Source of the DNA: the human T2T-CHM13v2.0 reference genome, Homo sapiens
DNA: 64,000 nucleotides
Assembly (NCBI RefSeq): GCF_009914755.1
Contig: NC_060927.1
Strand: one strand, 5' to 3'
The stretch's first letter is position 1, and every line of letters begins with the position of its first letter. The notes beneath the pieces were generated by a model. It made no database searches. It was not told where the DNA came from and was given only the letters and a program-made list of their open reading frames with translations. Of the stretch, positions 32,136-45,465 are shown piece after piece. The translations under genes were made by a program, and so were the position numbers.

Positions 32136-35100
32136 GATAACTTAGAAGAAAAAAAATTATAATAGATTCATCAGAAAACAGATGGACATTGACATTCAAA
32201 ATAATACAAACCAAACTCTAAATAACTAGTAGCTGTCAGGGGAAATTTGGTCACTTGATTAAGTTAGTATCATGTGTACCTGAGAAATAAATGTTTGACT
32301 GCCTATCTAATCAGAATGAGAATAAAATGCTGTAGCAGAAGAAGTTCATCCAACTATATAAAAAGCCAACCTCTTCAGAGGCCAGTAACCTGTGTTTAAA
32401 AAAAAAATCAGGAATATGAAAAAAAAGTCAACAGAAAGTATTCAGTTCACATTAGAATATCTGTTATCTGGGCCAATTCACAAATGGTAAATATATATAT
32501 ATATATTAATACTCACAGATAATAGAAGATTGATTCTTCAAGAGCAATTTTCATTTGAATAAAGAAAAGCAAGAGTCTAGTTTTGCACTAATATAATATT
32601 TGTAAGTAAAGGATTCATACTCTTCTTCTAAAAGTGATTTTCATATAAACAAACTCATCAAAACTGGTCAAACATTGCCAAAATTGTAACACATTTGATA
32701 ACTTATTTTCAGAATAAAATATTAGAAATGAAGACAAATAAAATTTATTTCCCTCAATTCCCATACACACTGAAGTTTTGTCTTTCACTATGTTCTTTTA
32801 CAGTCTAGAATATACAAGAACTTTAGAATATAACTACTGTCTTTTTTGAAAATCAGAAAATCTCATAGTTTTGCATACACAGTTGTATTTCTCTGTTAAT
32901 ACCAATCCTGCTGTAGTTGCAACTACCCATATTAATCATAATTTTAACCGAAGTAAATTTCTTCTATTTCATAAAGAAAATGCAGAAGTAGATAAGCAAG
33001 TAATGTCTGTCCGATATAATCACTTTGCAGAGTCAGAAAGTTAAAGTCCCAATGCCTCTTGAAAATTACTTTTGGAGCCAAGACAAGCCGTGCCATCAGA
33101 TGCCGTTCTCAGGTAATTCAGTGTAATTGTCTGTGATATGTGAATCTAACGAGCATCTTCATAGAACTTCCAAAGCTGTTAACATATAACTTTTTAAAAG
33201 TTCAAAGCATGACTATTATATAAACAGAAAACACATGTGTCAAATTTTATTTATTGTATTCATCAGTGACAGAACCAGTAGGTTATTAAAACTATGTCAA
33301 AAGATAATTCAATGAACAGAGATTTATTTCATCAAAGAATTCACAAAAGCTTGTTAATAAAAATTAGTAAAAATTTTAAATGTCTGATAACCCTTTAAAC
33401 TGAAATCCTAAAATCTCTGAGCTTATCTTTTCGACTTGACAAAAACCTGTGAGTTAACATTTAATTTCACAGTTTCAGGGCCCTAATAAAATAGTAAATA
33501 GGAAAGTAAAATACAGGTGCATCCTCCTAGATAATTCAATAATTCTTCAGTGAGCCTGTTAAACAATGACATTGAAAGGACATGCAGTTATACTCCTGCT
33601 TTACTTTCAACTTATGAATATTTTTTCTTAAGAAAAGTAATGGTAAAAAGAATTTGACACACATAAAAAGGCTTAAACAAGGTCGCTCAAAGACACAAAG
33701 TATAATTCATTGCAACTTTTACAACCTGATGCCACTCTTGCCAGGTTGGGCGGAAGAAACTGTAGTATACCTAGTGTCAGCTTTTTATTTTAAAAATTAG
33801 CTAGTAGTATTATTAAGTAGTAAGTATTAAAAATATAAGCAAGAACAAATTTGACCCAATAGTGTATACTTTAAACCTATTCACAATCAAGCAGGTAGAA
33901 CAAGATGGCTGAACGGAAGCCTCTAACAATCATCCTCCCCACAGGAATACCAAATTTGACAACTATCTACACAAAAATCACCTTCATAAGAACCAAAAAT
34001 CACGTGAGCAATCACAGTTCCTGGTTTTAATGTTATATCACTGAAAGAAACACTGAAGAGATAAGGAAAGACAGTCTTGAATCAGTGATACCACCCCTCC
34101 CCAATCCACTGGCAGTACACCTGTCGTGTGGAGAGAGAATCTGCGTGCTTAGGGGAGGGAAAGTGCAGTGACTATGAAACTCCACATTGATCTCAGTGCT
34201 GCCCTGACACAGTGGAAAGCAAAACTGGGCTGAACTCAGCTGATGCTCACTTATGGAGGGTGTATTTAGACCAGTTCCAGAAAAAGGGAAATCACCCTTC
34301 CCAGTAGTTGGAACATGAGTTTCTGAAAGCCTCGCCACCATGACCTAAAGTGCTCCAGGGTCCTAAATAAACCGGAAAGACATTCTAGGCCAGAAGAACT
34401 GCAACTCCTAGACCAGTCTTAGAGCTAAGTCCCAGGCCTGGAAACATTCATCACAAGCTGAGTGAAAAGCATTTGGGCCTTCAGGGAACATTGGTGATAG
34501 TCCGGCAGTACTTCCCATAGAGCTGTGGTGGTCACGGCCACAGGGAGAGGCTGCTGTGCCTATGGAAAGGAGATGGACAAGTTGCAAAATATTTGTCATG
34601 TGTTTCGCGAATAGCTTAGCTACAATAGAATGGAGCACTATGTAGATTTCTAAGGTTTCCAACTCTAGTCCCTGGCTCCTGGATGGCATTTCTGGACTCA
34701 CCTGGGGCCTGGGGAATTTGCCACCCTGCAAGGAGGGAAACAATCGAGACTGGATTCACTGTCTACTGACTGCAGAGTGCTAGGGTCTTGAGCAAACATA
34801 GGTGGTAGCCAGGTAATAGTCCTCGAGTGAGACCCAGCACTGTGCTGGCTTCAATTCTGACCAAGTGCACCATCAGTGGCGATCACAGGGGTGCTTGTGA
34901 CAACCAACCAATGCTCCAAGCAGCTCAACACAAAGAGAAAGACTCAATTTATATGGGAGAACATAAGGAGAGAGAACTAGAGTCTCTATTAGAATCCAGA
35001 GAATTCTTCCAGAACTTATTCAAGACCACCAAGGTGCTAGCTCCATAGGTCTGACAGAGCCAGAGTTACTGGACTTGGGGTGCCCCCAGTGCACATACAG

Positions 35101-37884
35101 CTTAAATAGCAACACCAAAGCCACTGGGAATACCTGGATAGCTCCCCAAGAAGGACAGATACAAATAAGCCCAGATAGTGAAGATTAAAATAAATATCTG
35201 ACTCATCAATATCTAAATACCAGCGAATATTCAGAAGCATCAGGACCATCCAGGAAAACATGACCTCACCAAATGAACTGAATAGGGCACCAGGGATCAA
35301 TCCTCGTAACACACAGACATGTGATCTTTCAGACAGAGAATTCAAATAGCATCAGAATCTCTAAATAGCAGAATTGATCAAGCAGAAGAAAGAATTAGTA
35401 AGTCGGAAGACAGGCTATTTGAAAATACATAGTCAGAGGAGACAAAAGAAAAGAGAATAAAAAATAATGAAGCATGCCTACAAGAACTAGAAAACAACAT
35501 CAACAGGGTAAACCTAAGAGTAATTGGCCTTAAAGAGGAGCTAGAGAAAAAAATAGGAGTAGAAAGTTTATTCAAACAGATAATAACAGAGATCTTCCCA
35601 AACCTAGTGAAAAATATCAATATGCAAGTACAAGAAGGTTATAGAATACCAAGCAGGTTTAACCTGAAGAAGATTACCTCAAGGCATTCAAATTCTAAAA
35701 GGTCAAAGATAAATAAAAAGTTCCTAAAAGCAGCAAGACAATATAAACAAATAACATACAAAGGAGGTCTAGAAGTCTGCCAGTAGACTTTTCAATGGAA
35801 ATCTTACAGGTCAGGAGAGAGTGACATGAAATATTTAACGTGCTGAAGGGGGAAAAAAACAAACAAACCCACATTCACCCTACAATAGCATATCCAGTGA
35901 AAAACTTCAGACATGAATGAGATATAGAGTTTCCCAGACAAACTAAAGCTGAGGAATTTCATCAACACCATACCTTCTCTACAAAACATGCTAAAAGGAG
36001 TCTTCAATCAGAAATAAAAATACATTAGTGAGTAATAAGAGATCATAGGAAGTTACAAATGTCACTGGTAATAAATAGTAAGCACACAGAAAAACACAGA
36101 ATATTACAACACTAATTGTGATGTTTAAACTACTCTCATCTTCAGTCAAAAGACTAAAAGATGAATAAAAAAATAATAATTACAACATTTCAAGACATTT
36201 ACAGTACAATAAGATATAAGTGGAAACAACAAAAAGTTTAAAAGCCAGGGAATAAACTTCAGATATTAGGGTTTTTATTAGTTTCTTTTTTGCTTGTCTG
36301 CTTGTTTATGCATATAGTGTTAAGTTGTCATCAGTTTAAAATAATGATTAATAAGATGTTATTTCCAAGTTTCATGGCAACCTTAAATCAAATACATACA
36401 ACAAATACACACACACACACAAAGCAAGAAATTAAACCATACCACCAGAGAAAATCACCTTCACTAAAAGAGAGGAAAAAAGGAAAAAAGAGAAGACCAC
36501 AAAACAACCCGAAAACAACAAAATGGCAGGCATATGTACTTATTATAAATCATAACATTGAATGAAAATGGAATTAACTCTCCAATCAAAAGACATAGAA
36601 TGGCTGAATGGATTTAAAAAAATCAAGCCCAATGATCTGTTGCCTAAAAGAAACACACCTCACCTATAAAGACATATATAGACTAAAGAGATGGAAAAGT
36701 TAGTAATTCTGTGCCAATGGAAATCAAAAAAGAAGAAATGGCTATGATTACATCAGACAAAATAGATTTCAAGACAAAAACTGTAAGAGAAAAAGAAGAT
36801 TGTTATATAATGATGACAAGGTCAATTCAGCAAAAGGATATAATGATTGCTAATATATATGTACCCAACACAAGAGCACAAGATATATAAAGCAAATATT
36901 ATTAGAGCTTAAGAGAGAGACCTCAATACAGTAATAGTTGGAGATATCAACACCCCACATTCAGCATTGCACTGATCTCCCAGAGAGAAAACCAGCAAAG
37001 AATGGTTGGACTTAATCTGCACTATAGAAGAAATGGATCTAAGAGATATTACAGAATATTTCATTCAATGGCTTCAGAATACACATTTTTCTCCTCTGGA
37101 CATGAATCATTCTCAAGGGTAGATTATACGTTAGATCACAGAACAAGTCTTAAATTCAAAAAAAAATAAAATAATATCAAGCATTTTCTCTGACCTCAGT
37201 AAAATAAAACTAAAAATCAATGAGAAGAGACATTATGAAAACTGCAAGAACCCATGAATATTAAACAATATGTTCTTGTATGACCAATGCATCACTTAAT
37301 GAATTAAGAACAAAATTGAAAATTTTTTGAAACAAATGATAATGAAAACACAACATAACAAAACCGATAGGATACATTGAAAGCAGTACCAAGAGAGAAG
37401 TTTACAGCTATAAGCACCTGCATCGAAAAAGGAGAAAAACTTGACAAATAATTTAATGATGCCTCTTAAAGAAATAGAAATGCATGAGCAAACAACACAA
37501 ATTTAGTAAAGGAAAAGAAATAATATATATCAGAACAGAAATAAATAAAATTGAAATGAATAAAACAATGTAAAAGACCAATGAAGTGAACATATTTTTG
37601 AAAAGAAACAAAATTGACAATCCTTTAGCCAAACTAGAAAACAGAGAAAAAGCAAATACAATCAGAAATGAAAAAGGAGACATTACAACCAATACTGTAG
37701 AAAATCAAAGGATCATTAGTGGCTATTATGAATGAGTATATGCCAATTGATTGGATTATTTAGAAAAATGAGATAAATTCCTAGACACATACAACCTACC
37801 AAAATTGAAGAAGGAGGAAATTCAAAACCTGAACATACCCATAACAAATACCAAGATCTAAAGTATAATAGAAAGAATCCTAGC

Positions 37885-37915
<31 letters not shown>

Positions 37916-39407
37916 TGACCTAATGGCTTCACTGCTGAATTCTACTGAATATTTAAAGAAGAACTAAAACAAATACTATGCAAACTATTCTGAAAAATAG
38001 AGGAGGAATTCCTTCCAATGTCATTCTATGAGGTCAGTATTACTCAGATACCAAAGCCAGACAGAGACATCAAAACAAAAAAAAATAAATAAAAAATCCA
38101 AAAACCTACATGCCAATATCCCTGATGAACATTGGTGCAAAAGTCCTCAAAAAAAAAAAACAAAAAACTTAGCAAATGAAGTTCAACAACACTTTTAAAA
38201 AGATCATTCATCATATCATGACCAAGTGGGATTTATCCCTGAGATGCAAGGATGGTTCAACATACACAAATTAATCAGTGTGATACGTTGTATGAGCAGA
38301 ATGAAGAATAAGAACCATATAATTATTGTAATTATTCTGAGAATGCATTTAATAGAATACAATATCCCTTTAAGAAAAAAAATCCTCAAAAAATGGGTAT
38401 AGAAGGAATATACCTCAATATAATAAAGGCCACATATGACAGCCCGACAGCTAGTGTAATACTGAAGGGGAAAAATTGAAAGCCTTTTTCTTCAAGATTT
38501 GGAATATGACAAAAATGCCCACTTCCATCACTGTTATTCAACATAGTGCTGGAAGTCCTAACTAGAGAAAGAAATAATGTGCATCCAAATTGGAAAGGAA
38601 GACAACAAATTATTGTTGTTTGCAGATGATATAATCCTATATTTGGAAAAACCTGAAGAACCTACCAAAAAACTATTAGATTTGATAAACAAATTCAGGA
38701 ATGTTCAGGATACAAAGTCAACACACAAAAATCCACAACATTTTTATATGCCAAGAATGAACAATATGAAAAAGAAATAAAGAAAGCAATTCCATTTAAA
38801 GTAGCTACAAATAAAATGAAATACCTAGGAATGAACCAAAGAAGTGAAAGAATTCTACAATGAAAACTATAATACACTGATGAAATAATTTGAAGAGGGC
38901 ATAGAAGAATGGAAAAATATTCTGTAATCACGGATGGGAAGAATCAATATTGTTAAAATGTCCATAATACACAAAGCAATCTACAGATTCAGTGCAATCC
39001 CTGTCAAAATACCAGTGACATTCTTCACATAAATAGAGAAAACAGTCCTAATATTTATACGGAACCATAAGAAACTCTTAATAGCCTAGGGTATCCTAAG
39101 CCAAAAGAACAAAATTGGAGAAATCATATTACCTGACTTCAAATTATACTACAGAGTTATAGTAACTAAAGCAGCATAGTATTGGCATGAACAAAAGGCA
39201 CATAGGCCAATGGTACAGAGTAAACAACCCAGAAACAAATCTACACGTCTACAGTGAACTCATTATTCAACAGAGGTGCTAAGAACATACATTGGGAAAC
39301 GAGTCTTTTCAATAAATGGTGCTGGGAAAACTGGATATCCATACGCAGAAGAATGAAACTAGCCCCCTCTCTCTTTCTATATATAAAAATCAATTGAAAA
39401 TAAAGTA

Positions 39408-39487
39408 TTAGGCTGGTGCAAAAGTAGTGGCAGGTTTTACCATCATTTTCAATGGCAAAAACCGCAATTACTTTTGCACCCATCTAA
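39408..39487. mobile_element. MADE1 (Hsmar1-derived 80-bp MITE), palindromic
   Basis: ttaggctggtgcaaaagta..cattttc..aatggcaaaaaccgcaattacttttgcacccatctaa; TA TSD at 39406-39407 / 39488-39489. Confidence 0.95.
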
Positions 39488-40092
39488 TAACTTAAATTTA
39501 AGATCTTAAACTATGAAATAGTGAAAAGAAAACATTGGGAAAAATCTCCATGACATTCCACCGGACAAAGATTTCTTGAGTAACACCTAGCAAGCACAGG
39601 CAACCAAAGCAAAATGGACAAGTGGGATCACAACAAGTTAAAAAGCTTCTACGCAGCAAAAGAAACAACAAAATAAAGAGACCACCCACGGAAGGAAGAA
39701 AATATTTTCAAACTACCCATCTGACTAGAGACTAATAACCAGAGCATATAAGGTGCTCAAACAACTCAACATGAAAAAATCTAATAATCCAATTAAAAAA
39801 ATGAGAAAAAATGCTGAAAAGACATTTCTCAAAGGGCAACAGACATCCAAATGACAAACAGGTATATGAAAATGTGCTGAACATCATTGATCATCAGAGA
39901 AATGCTAATCTGAACTATGGTGAAATATCATCTCATCCCAGTTAAAATGACCTCTAGGCAAAAGACAGGTAATACAAAGTTTTTGCAAGGATATGGAGAA
40001 AAGGGAACCCTCCTACGCCATTGGTGGAAATGTAAATTAGTACAACCACTCTGGAGAATAGTTTGGAAGTTCCTTAAAAAACTATAAACAGA

Positions 40093-40397
40093 GGCTGGAT
40101 GTGGTGGCTCATTCATGTAATCCCAGCAATTTGAGAGGCTGAGATGGGCAGATAACCTGAGGTCAGGAGTTCAAGACCAGCCTGGCCAACACGGAGAAAC
40201 CCCATCTCTACTAAAAAATACAAACGCATGCTGGAACACACCTGTGGTCCCAGCTACTCAGAAGACCGAGGCAGGAGAATTGCTTGAACCCAGGAGGTTG
40301 AGGTTACAGTGAGCTGAGATCATGCTACTGAACTCCAGCCTGAGTGACAGAACAAGACTCCCTCTCTAAGAAAAAAAAAAAAAAAAAAAAAAAAAAC
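40093..40397 (+). mobile_element. AluS (Sx-like) inside the L1MA ORF2
   Basis: Dimer with poly(A); TSD aactataaacaga (40080-40092) / aactaaaaataga (40398-40410). Confidence 0.93.
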
Positions 40398-41248
40398 AAC
40401 TAAAAATAGAGCTATTACAGGATCCATCAATATCACTCCTTGGTATATATCCAAAAGAAAGGGAATCAGTGTATCAAAGAGATATCTGCACTCTTATGTT
40501 TATTGCAACACTATTCACAATAGCCAAAATTTGGAAGCAACCCAAATGTCCATCAACGCATGAATGAATAAAGAATATGTGGTACATATACATAGTAAAG
40601 TACTATTCAGCCATTAAAAAGGAGATTCTATCACTCACAACAACATGGATGGAACTGGAAGTCGTCACATTGAATAAAATAAGCCAGGCACAGAAACTTC
40701 ACGTTTTCACTTATTTGTCAGAGCTAAAAATTAGAGCAGTTGAAGTCATGAAGATGTGGAGTAGAAGGATAGTTAAAGAGCCTGGGAAGAGGAGTGGAGG
40801 AGTGGAGGAAAAATGAAGATTGTTAATGGGTACAAAAAATAGAGTGAACGAGACCTAGTGTTTGTTAGCACAACAGTGTGGCTACAGTTAACAATTATTT
40901 AATTGTACCTTTAAAAATAACGAGAAGAGTATAATTAGATTGTAATATAAAGGACAAATGCTTGAGGTGATGGATACCATTTTTACCCTGATGTGATTAT
41001 TATGTGTTCTGTAAATGTATAGTAGCAAAATATCGCATGTCCCTCATAAATATATAAACCTACTATGTACTCATAAAAATTAAAAATTGAAAAATAATTT
41101 TCAAAAAGTATTTCCTTGATTCTTAAAAGCATGGTATGAAGAAAACAGGGCAGGTTTTACACCTCTGTTTTACTAATCATATTTCAATATTGACCAAAGC
41201 ATAAGAAAAATATTTTTTCTTACTGAATTGTTTTATGATGAACTACAG

Positions 41249-41833
41249 TGAAATAGCTCCATTGTCTAGGGTATATACCCTGGCTCTAGGTATCTGTTGA
41301 GAAAAAAATCAGGACACAGACACACATGAGGAATGGGTTTTGGAGTAGAAAGTTTAATAGAAAAAGAAGAAAAGAGAGAGAAAAAAAGCTTCCTCATGTT
41401 GAGAAAGCCCAAAAGACGGCCTCCAAGCAGAAAAAAGGACTGGCTGGTGCTTTATAGTCCAGTTTGAGGAGGCGGTATCTGATTTTCATAGGGCTCATAG
41501 ATTGGTTTGATCAGTTATGATGCCCACATAGAGCACAGGGAAGGCTGGTCACCCCACTCTAATCTTATTATGCAAATGGGCATTCCAGTTTATCTGCACC
41601 ATCTTGTCTGCTTCTTATTGTACCCGTGACTGACCAAGAGAAGAAAACAGAGCTGCCATCTTGAACATGATTGACACAACTGCTGGTATCTGCGTCTGCA
41701 GCTTGATTTTACAGGTGGCTCTTCATTAGAAAGGAAAATACTTTGGGGCTGCTTTTCATTAAAAAGAATTCTTACCAAGGACTCCTATACCTTTACTATC
41801 TGCCTAAGTAATTTCTTCTTAACTCCTATATCA
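41249..41833 (-). repeat. 3' LTR (MER61-type)
   Basis: Minus strand starts tgatataggagttaagaagaaattacttaggcagatagtaa; octamer ATGCAAAT at 41570-41577. Confidence 0.88.
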
Positions 41834-43876
41834 TCCCCAACTCTGGAGTGGTAAACCTAACTGCTGTTAGGGGTGTTGGATGATGACTCTTTCTGGCTAC
41901 TTCCTGCTGAAAAGGGGTGTCATGTGGGGAGCAGCAACTAGGGCTCCTCCTAGGGTTGATCTAAGGGTCCCCAGAAGAAAGGCAAATTGCTATAAATTAT
42001 TTAGTTTGCCAAAATGATGACTCAAAAACAAAAACCTTCCATTAGCCTTTACTATTACATGAAAATCTTGTTTAGAGCCAAATTTTACCCTTACACTAGT
42101 CTATTAATGTTAACTCCAATTTGTTTAAATGAAACCTTATAGACGATTCCATCTAATTTTAACCAATTTGACCATGAGGTGAAATCTTTACAAATCCTTC
42201 ATAACCCTTTTACTAAAGGGCAAATCAGTATCTTAAGACCTTCTTGCTGTGCTTTATTTGAATGCTCAATTTATGAAAAGATCATAAATACCCTTCTGAG
42301 TTTAATTAATGTTTACACATTTTTGCAAGATTAATTTTTACAATCTTTCTATAACTTGCTTAAGCCTCTAGCTCTATCTTATCAAATTTAACATAATCCA
42401 TCATCCAAGGGCAAAATTTACATTTCTATGCTTTGTTATAATCTTTTAATAAAAAACACATTTTATTGTTTTTATATGCCTTGAATGTAAAATTGTTTAT
42501 TGATCTCAAATACATGTTGCACTTTTAACTTTAAGCAGCTTTCATTTTTGGTGAAAAACCTGGTTAGTAAGCGATTTTAATTATGCATCAGGTATGGAGC
42601 CTAGGACCCAGACAGAAGTGCAGATAAGGTCTGACTCTTCAGTGTCTAGTTTCTTGTGTCCCAGGACTTACCCATCTTTAAAGCAGGTAGAATACAACCT
42701 TGGAACATTTAGCAAACCTAGTATCTGAGTTTTATTATTTAGACCACCTATTTGCATTTTGATGACATTTGCATTTTACCAAAAATCCTTAAGACTATTT
42801 TTATTTCTTAAAGATTAAAGTCACATGAACTAAGAAATATTTGATGTAAATGCTTATTTTTCTTTAAGCCAATCAATTAGAGCTCTTTTTATAGACATTA
42901 CACACAACACCTATACAGCAACACAGACAGAAGATTTAGCACTTGTAAGACTTTTTATTTGTCAGTTTCTTAATTGGATTACTGGCTTCAGGGTGGAGCC
43001 CTTGGAGAAACAGGGCCAGGAAGGCATGCATTTTTAGAGCCTAACAAGCAGGTACAGCCAAAGGCAAAGACAGATTCCTAAAATTAATGGTGCCATTTTA
43101 TACTGGATCTTGGGTCTCCAAAAGGAGGAAGATACTATGGGAGAAGACTGTAGTGCTTCTACCATGCATTTCATCGCAAGGCAACCCAAAGCCAATCAGC
43201 TTATTTTGTAATTAGCTCACCCCCCATGGGAGTCTCATCTTTTAGTGGGGAGTGGGGATGTTTTCATATCATTCATGTGTCCAAGAGCATGCTTCTCTGA
43301 TTACTATTAGGCATCCCTTAAAGTGCATTTTCTACACAGCTATTACACACCAAAGCTCTATCACAATGTGAAGTAATTTGGTACCCCCAAAACTCAAAAG
43401 GGTCAGATAACACAATGCATAGCAGAGCAGAGCCTTTGATTTTGAGAGGAAACTATCTGCTTTTAATTGTGGGCGTTTCATGAGGAAAACAGAGGGTTCC
43501 CCCCACCCAAAACAGGGTCTGTGGCACCTCCTCTGTTTTCCCATGGAGTCCCATGCTACCAGAAGTTATCTTAGGACCTCTTATGCATGTGTTAAGAGTG
43601 GCAAAACAAAAAAGTGGAGATACAAGAAGAGAAAAACCTAAAGGTCTTTAAAATATACTTATAAATTGAATATCCACTTTCAATTAAGCTGAGCACTCTT
43701 TAGGAAAATCCTTTTTAATCCCTTGTTACTCAACTTTAGCCACGTGAAGTAGTAAAGATTTTTGGCTTTTAAACTTTACAAAAAGTAACCTCACAGGTGA
43801 AACCAACAACCCTTAATTAGGTTATGACCTAACGGTGAGTGTACAAGGTATTTTCAAAAGGATGATAGGCAGCTTT

Positions 43877-44510
43877 TGAAACTATCATTGCAAAATTGTG
43901 ACTGAGACAATGAAAGTGATCCAAACCAAACAACTCCATTTTGTTTCTAGCCACCAAGCTGTCCTTGCCCATCCCTGGGCATAGGCTGAACCAACTTTGG
44001 GAGGAGTCTGGTTTTCAGTTGATAGTCTAAAACAAAGATGATACCAGCCCCTTCTTAAAATATACTTCCCTCTTACCTGGGGACCAGAGCAAGAAACTAC
44101 CCATAATATTAGAAAACCATTAGATCCAACCCAAACAATTCCATTTTGTTTCTAGCCACCAAGCTGTCCTTGCCCATCCCTGGGCATAGGCTGAACCAAC
44201 TTTGGGAGGAGTCTGGTTTTCAGTTGATAGTCTAAAACAAAGATGATACCAGCCCCTTCTTGAAATATACTTCCCTCTTACCTGGGGACCAGAGCAAGAA
44301 ACTACCCATAATATTAGAAACCATGGCTTAGGAGTCATGCAGCTGGAGCCTACAAGATTTTGACCCTCCCTAAACTGCTCTCATGATCAGTGCTTAAGAT
44401 ATTTTGTAAACTGTGCCCTTGACGGATCGGCTGTCACCACCCAGATGGACAAACTGGCTTATCTGATTTTGTGGCTCTCACCCAGGAACTGACTTAGCAC
44501 AAGAAAACCA
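43877..44510 (+). mobile_element. 3'-truncated LTR8-like segment inside the provirus, in the opposite orientation
   Basis: tgaaactatcattgcaaaattgtgactgagaca..ggagtcatgcagctgga..acccaggaactgacttagcacaagaa matches the recalled LTR8 consensus. Confidence 0.75.
43918..44324 (+). repeat. Tandem duplication, 205-bp period, 2 copies
   Basis: 43918-44120 versus 44123-44324; about four differences by eye. Confidence 0.96.
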
Positions 44511-45465
44511 CCACCATTGTAAGATGACAGAGACTAAAAGTATTTCCATGTGGTTACAGGTCATGTTCCCAAGGACGTGAAACAAGATGGAGGCCTGTAG
44601 CTGAGTTTGTTACTGGCCATTTTGTTGGGCTGCTTTGAACAGCAGGCTAATGGGGTCCTGGGCCTGCATCCTAACCTAAGATACCCTTTCTTTGACAGAA
44701 CTGTACAGGAAGACATGCAAAGCAAACCAGATTGTCTACAGCTTAAGACCAACCTCACAAATCCTTTTCCATTGATTACAACTTTATAGATAATATAAAC
44801 AATGATCTTTGTTATCTCTTTTACTGGTTTCCATAGGAACAGAGAAGCCAAAAGCCTGACTGGTAAGAAATTTTTACCCTCTTGCCAGCATATCAGGCTT
44901 CTGGGTTCCCTTCCCCCAGCTCAACTCTAAGCCAAGCATGTTAAAGTTTGGAAAATTAACTTTTCCTAGTTTGGAAGAACATAATAACAAAAGCCATTTA
45001 AAACTGTGAAAGAAGGAAAGACACCATAGACCTGAATTAAATTGTGGAAAGCTTCTATATACCTGTCAGGGTTGTCAGAAAATTGGCCTAAGTCTCCTTT
45101 TATTTACCTAAGGTCCTGTAATGAGAAGGGAACCTGAAGGGGCCCCAGATAAGGGGGATCCTCGGATGGTTCCCTGGAAGTTGCTTCTCTAATTTTGGAA
45201 CCACTCTCTTTGGGCATGCCCAATGTGTTTGCTAAAATAAGCTGGGTTTATCTTACAACACTTGCAAAAATTTAGTAGAAATGCCATACCCTTGTGCAAA
45301 AAAAAAAAAAAAAAAAAAAAATCACTGTTCTGTTCAAAGTCCTGAGGTTAAGAAAGTTCCAGTGTTTTAGAGTGAACTCCAGAGGGGTGCAAGCCGAAGA
45401 TAATCTGTTACCCATCTAGACAGATAAATGAGGGAAGGCATCCCTTTAGTCCCCTTTTCTATATG

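Larger units (their letters stand above)
33891..41097 (+). mobile_element. Near full-length old LINE-1 (L1M1 / L1MA1-3-like), all frames decayed
   Basis: 5' caagatggctgaa..caactatctacaca; ORF1 about 35200-36030; ORF2 about 36520-40700 (ORF 38577-38780 LLLFADDIILYLEKP); L1MA-type 3' end (gaggtgatggatacc..cctactatgtactcataaaaattaaaa). No clear TSD. Confidence 0.9.
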
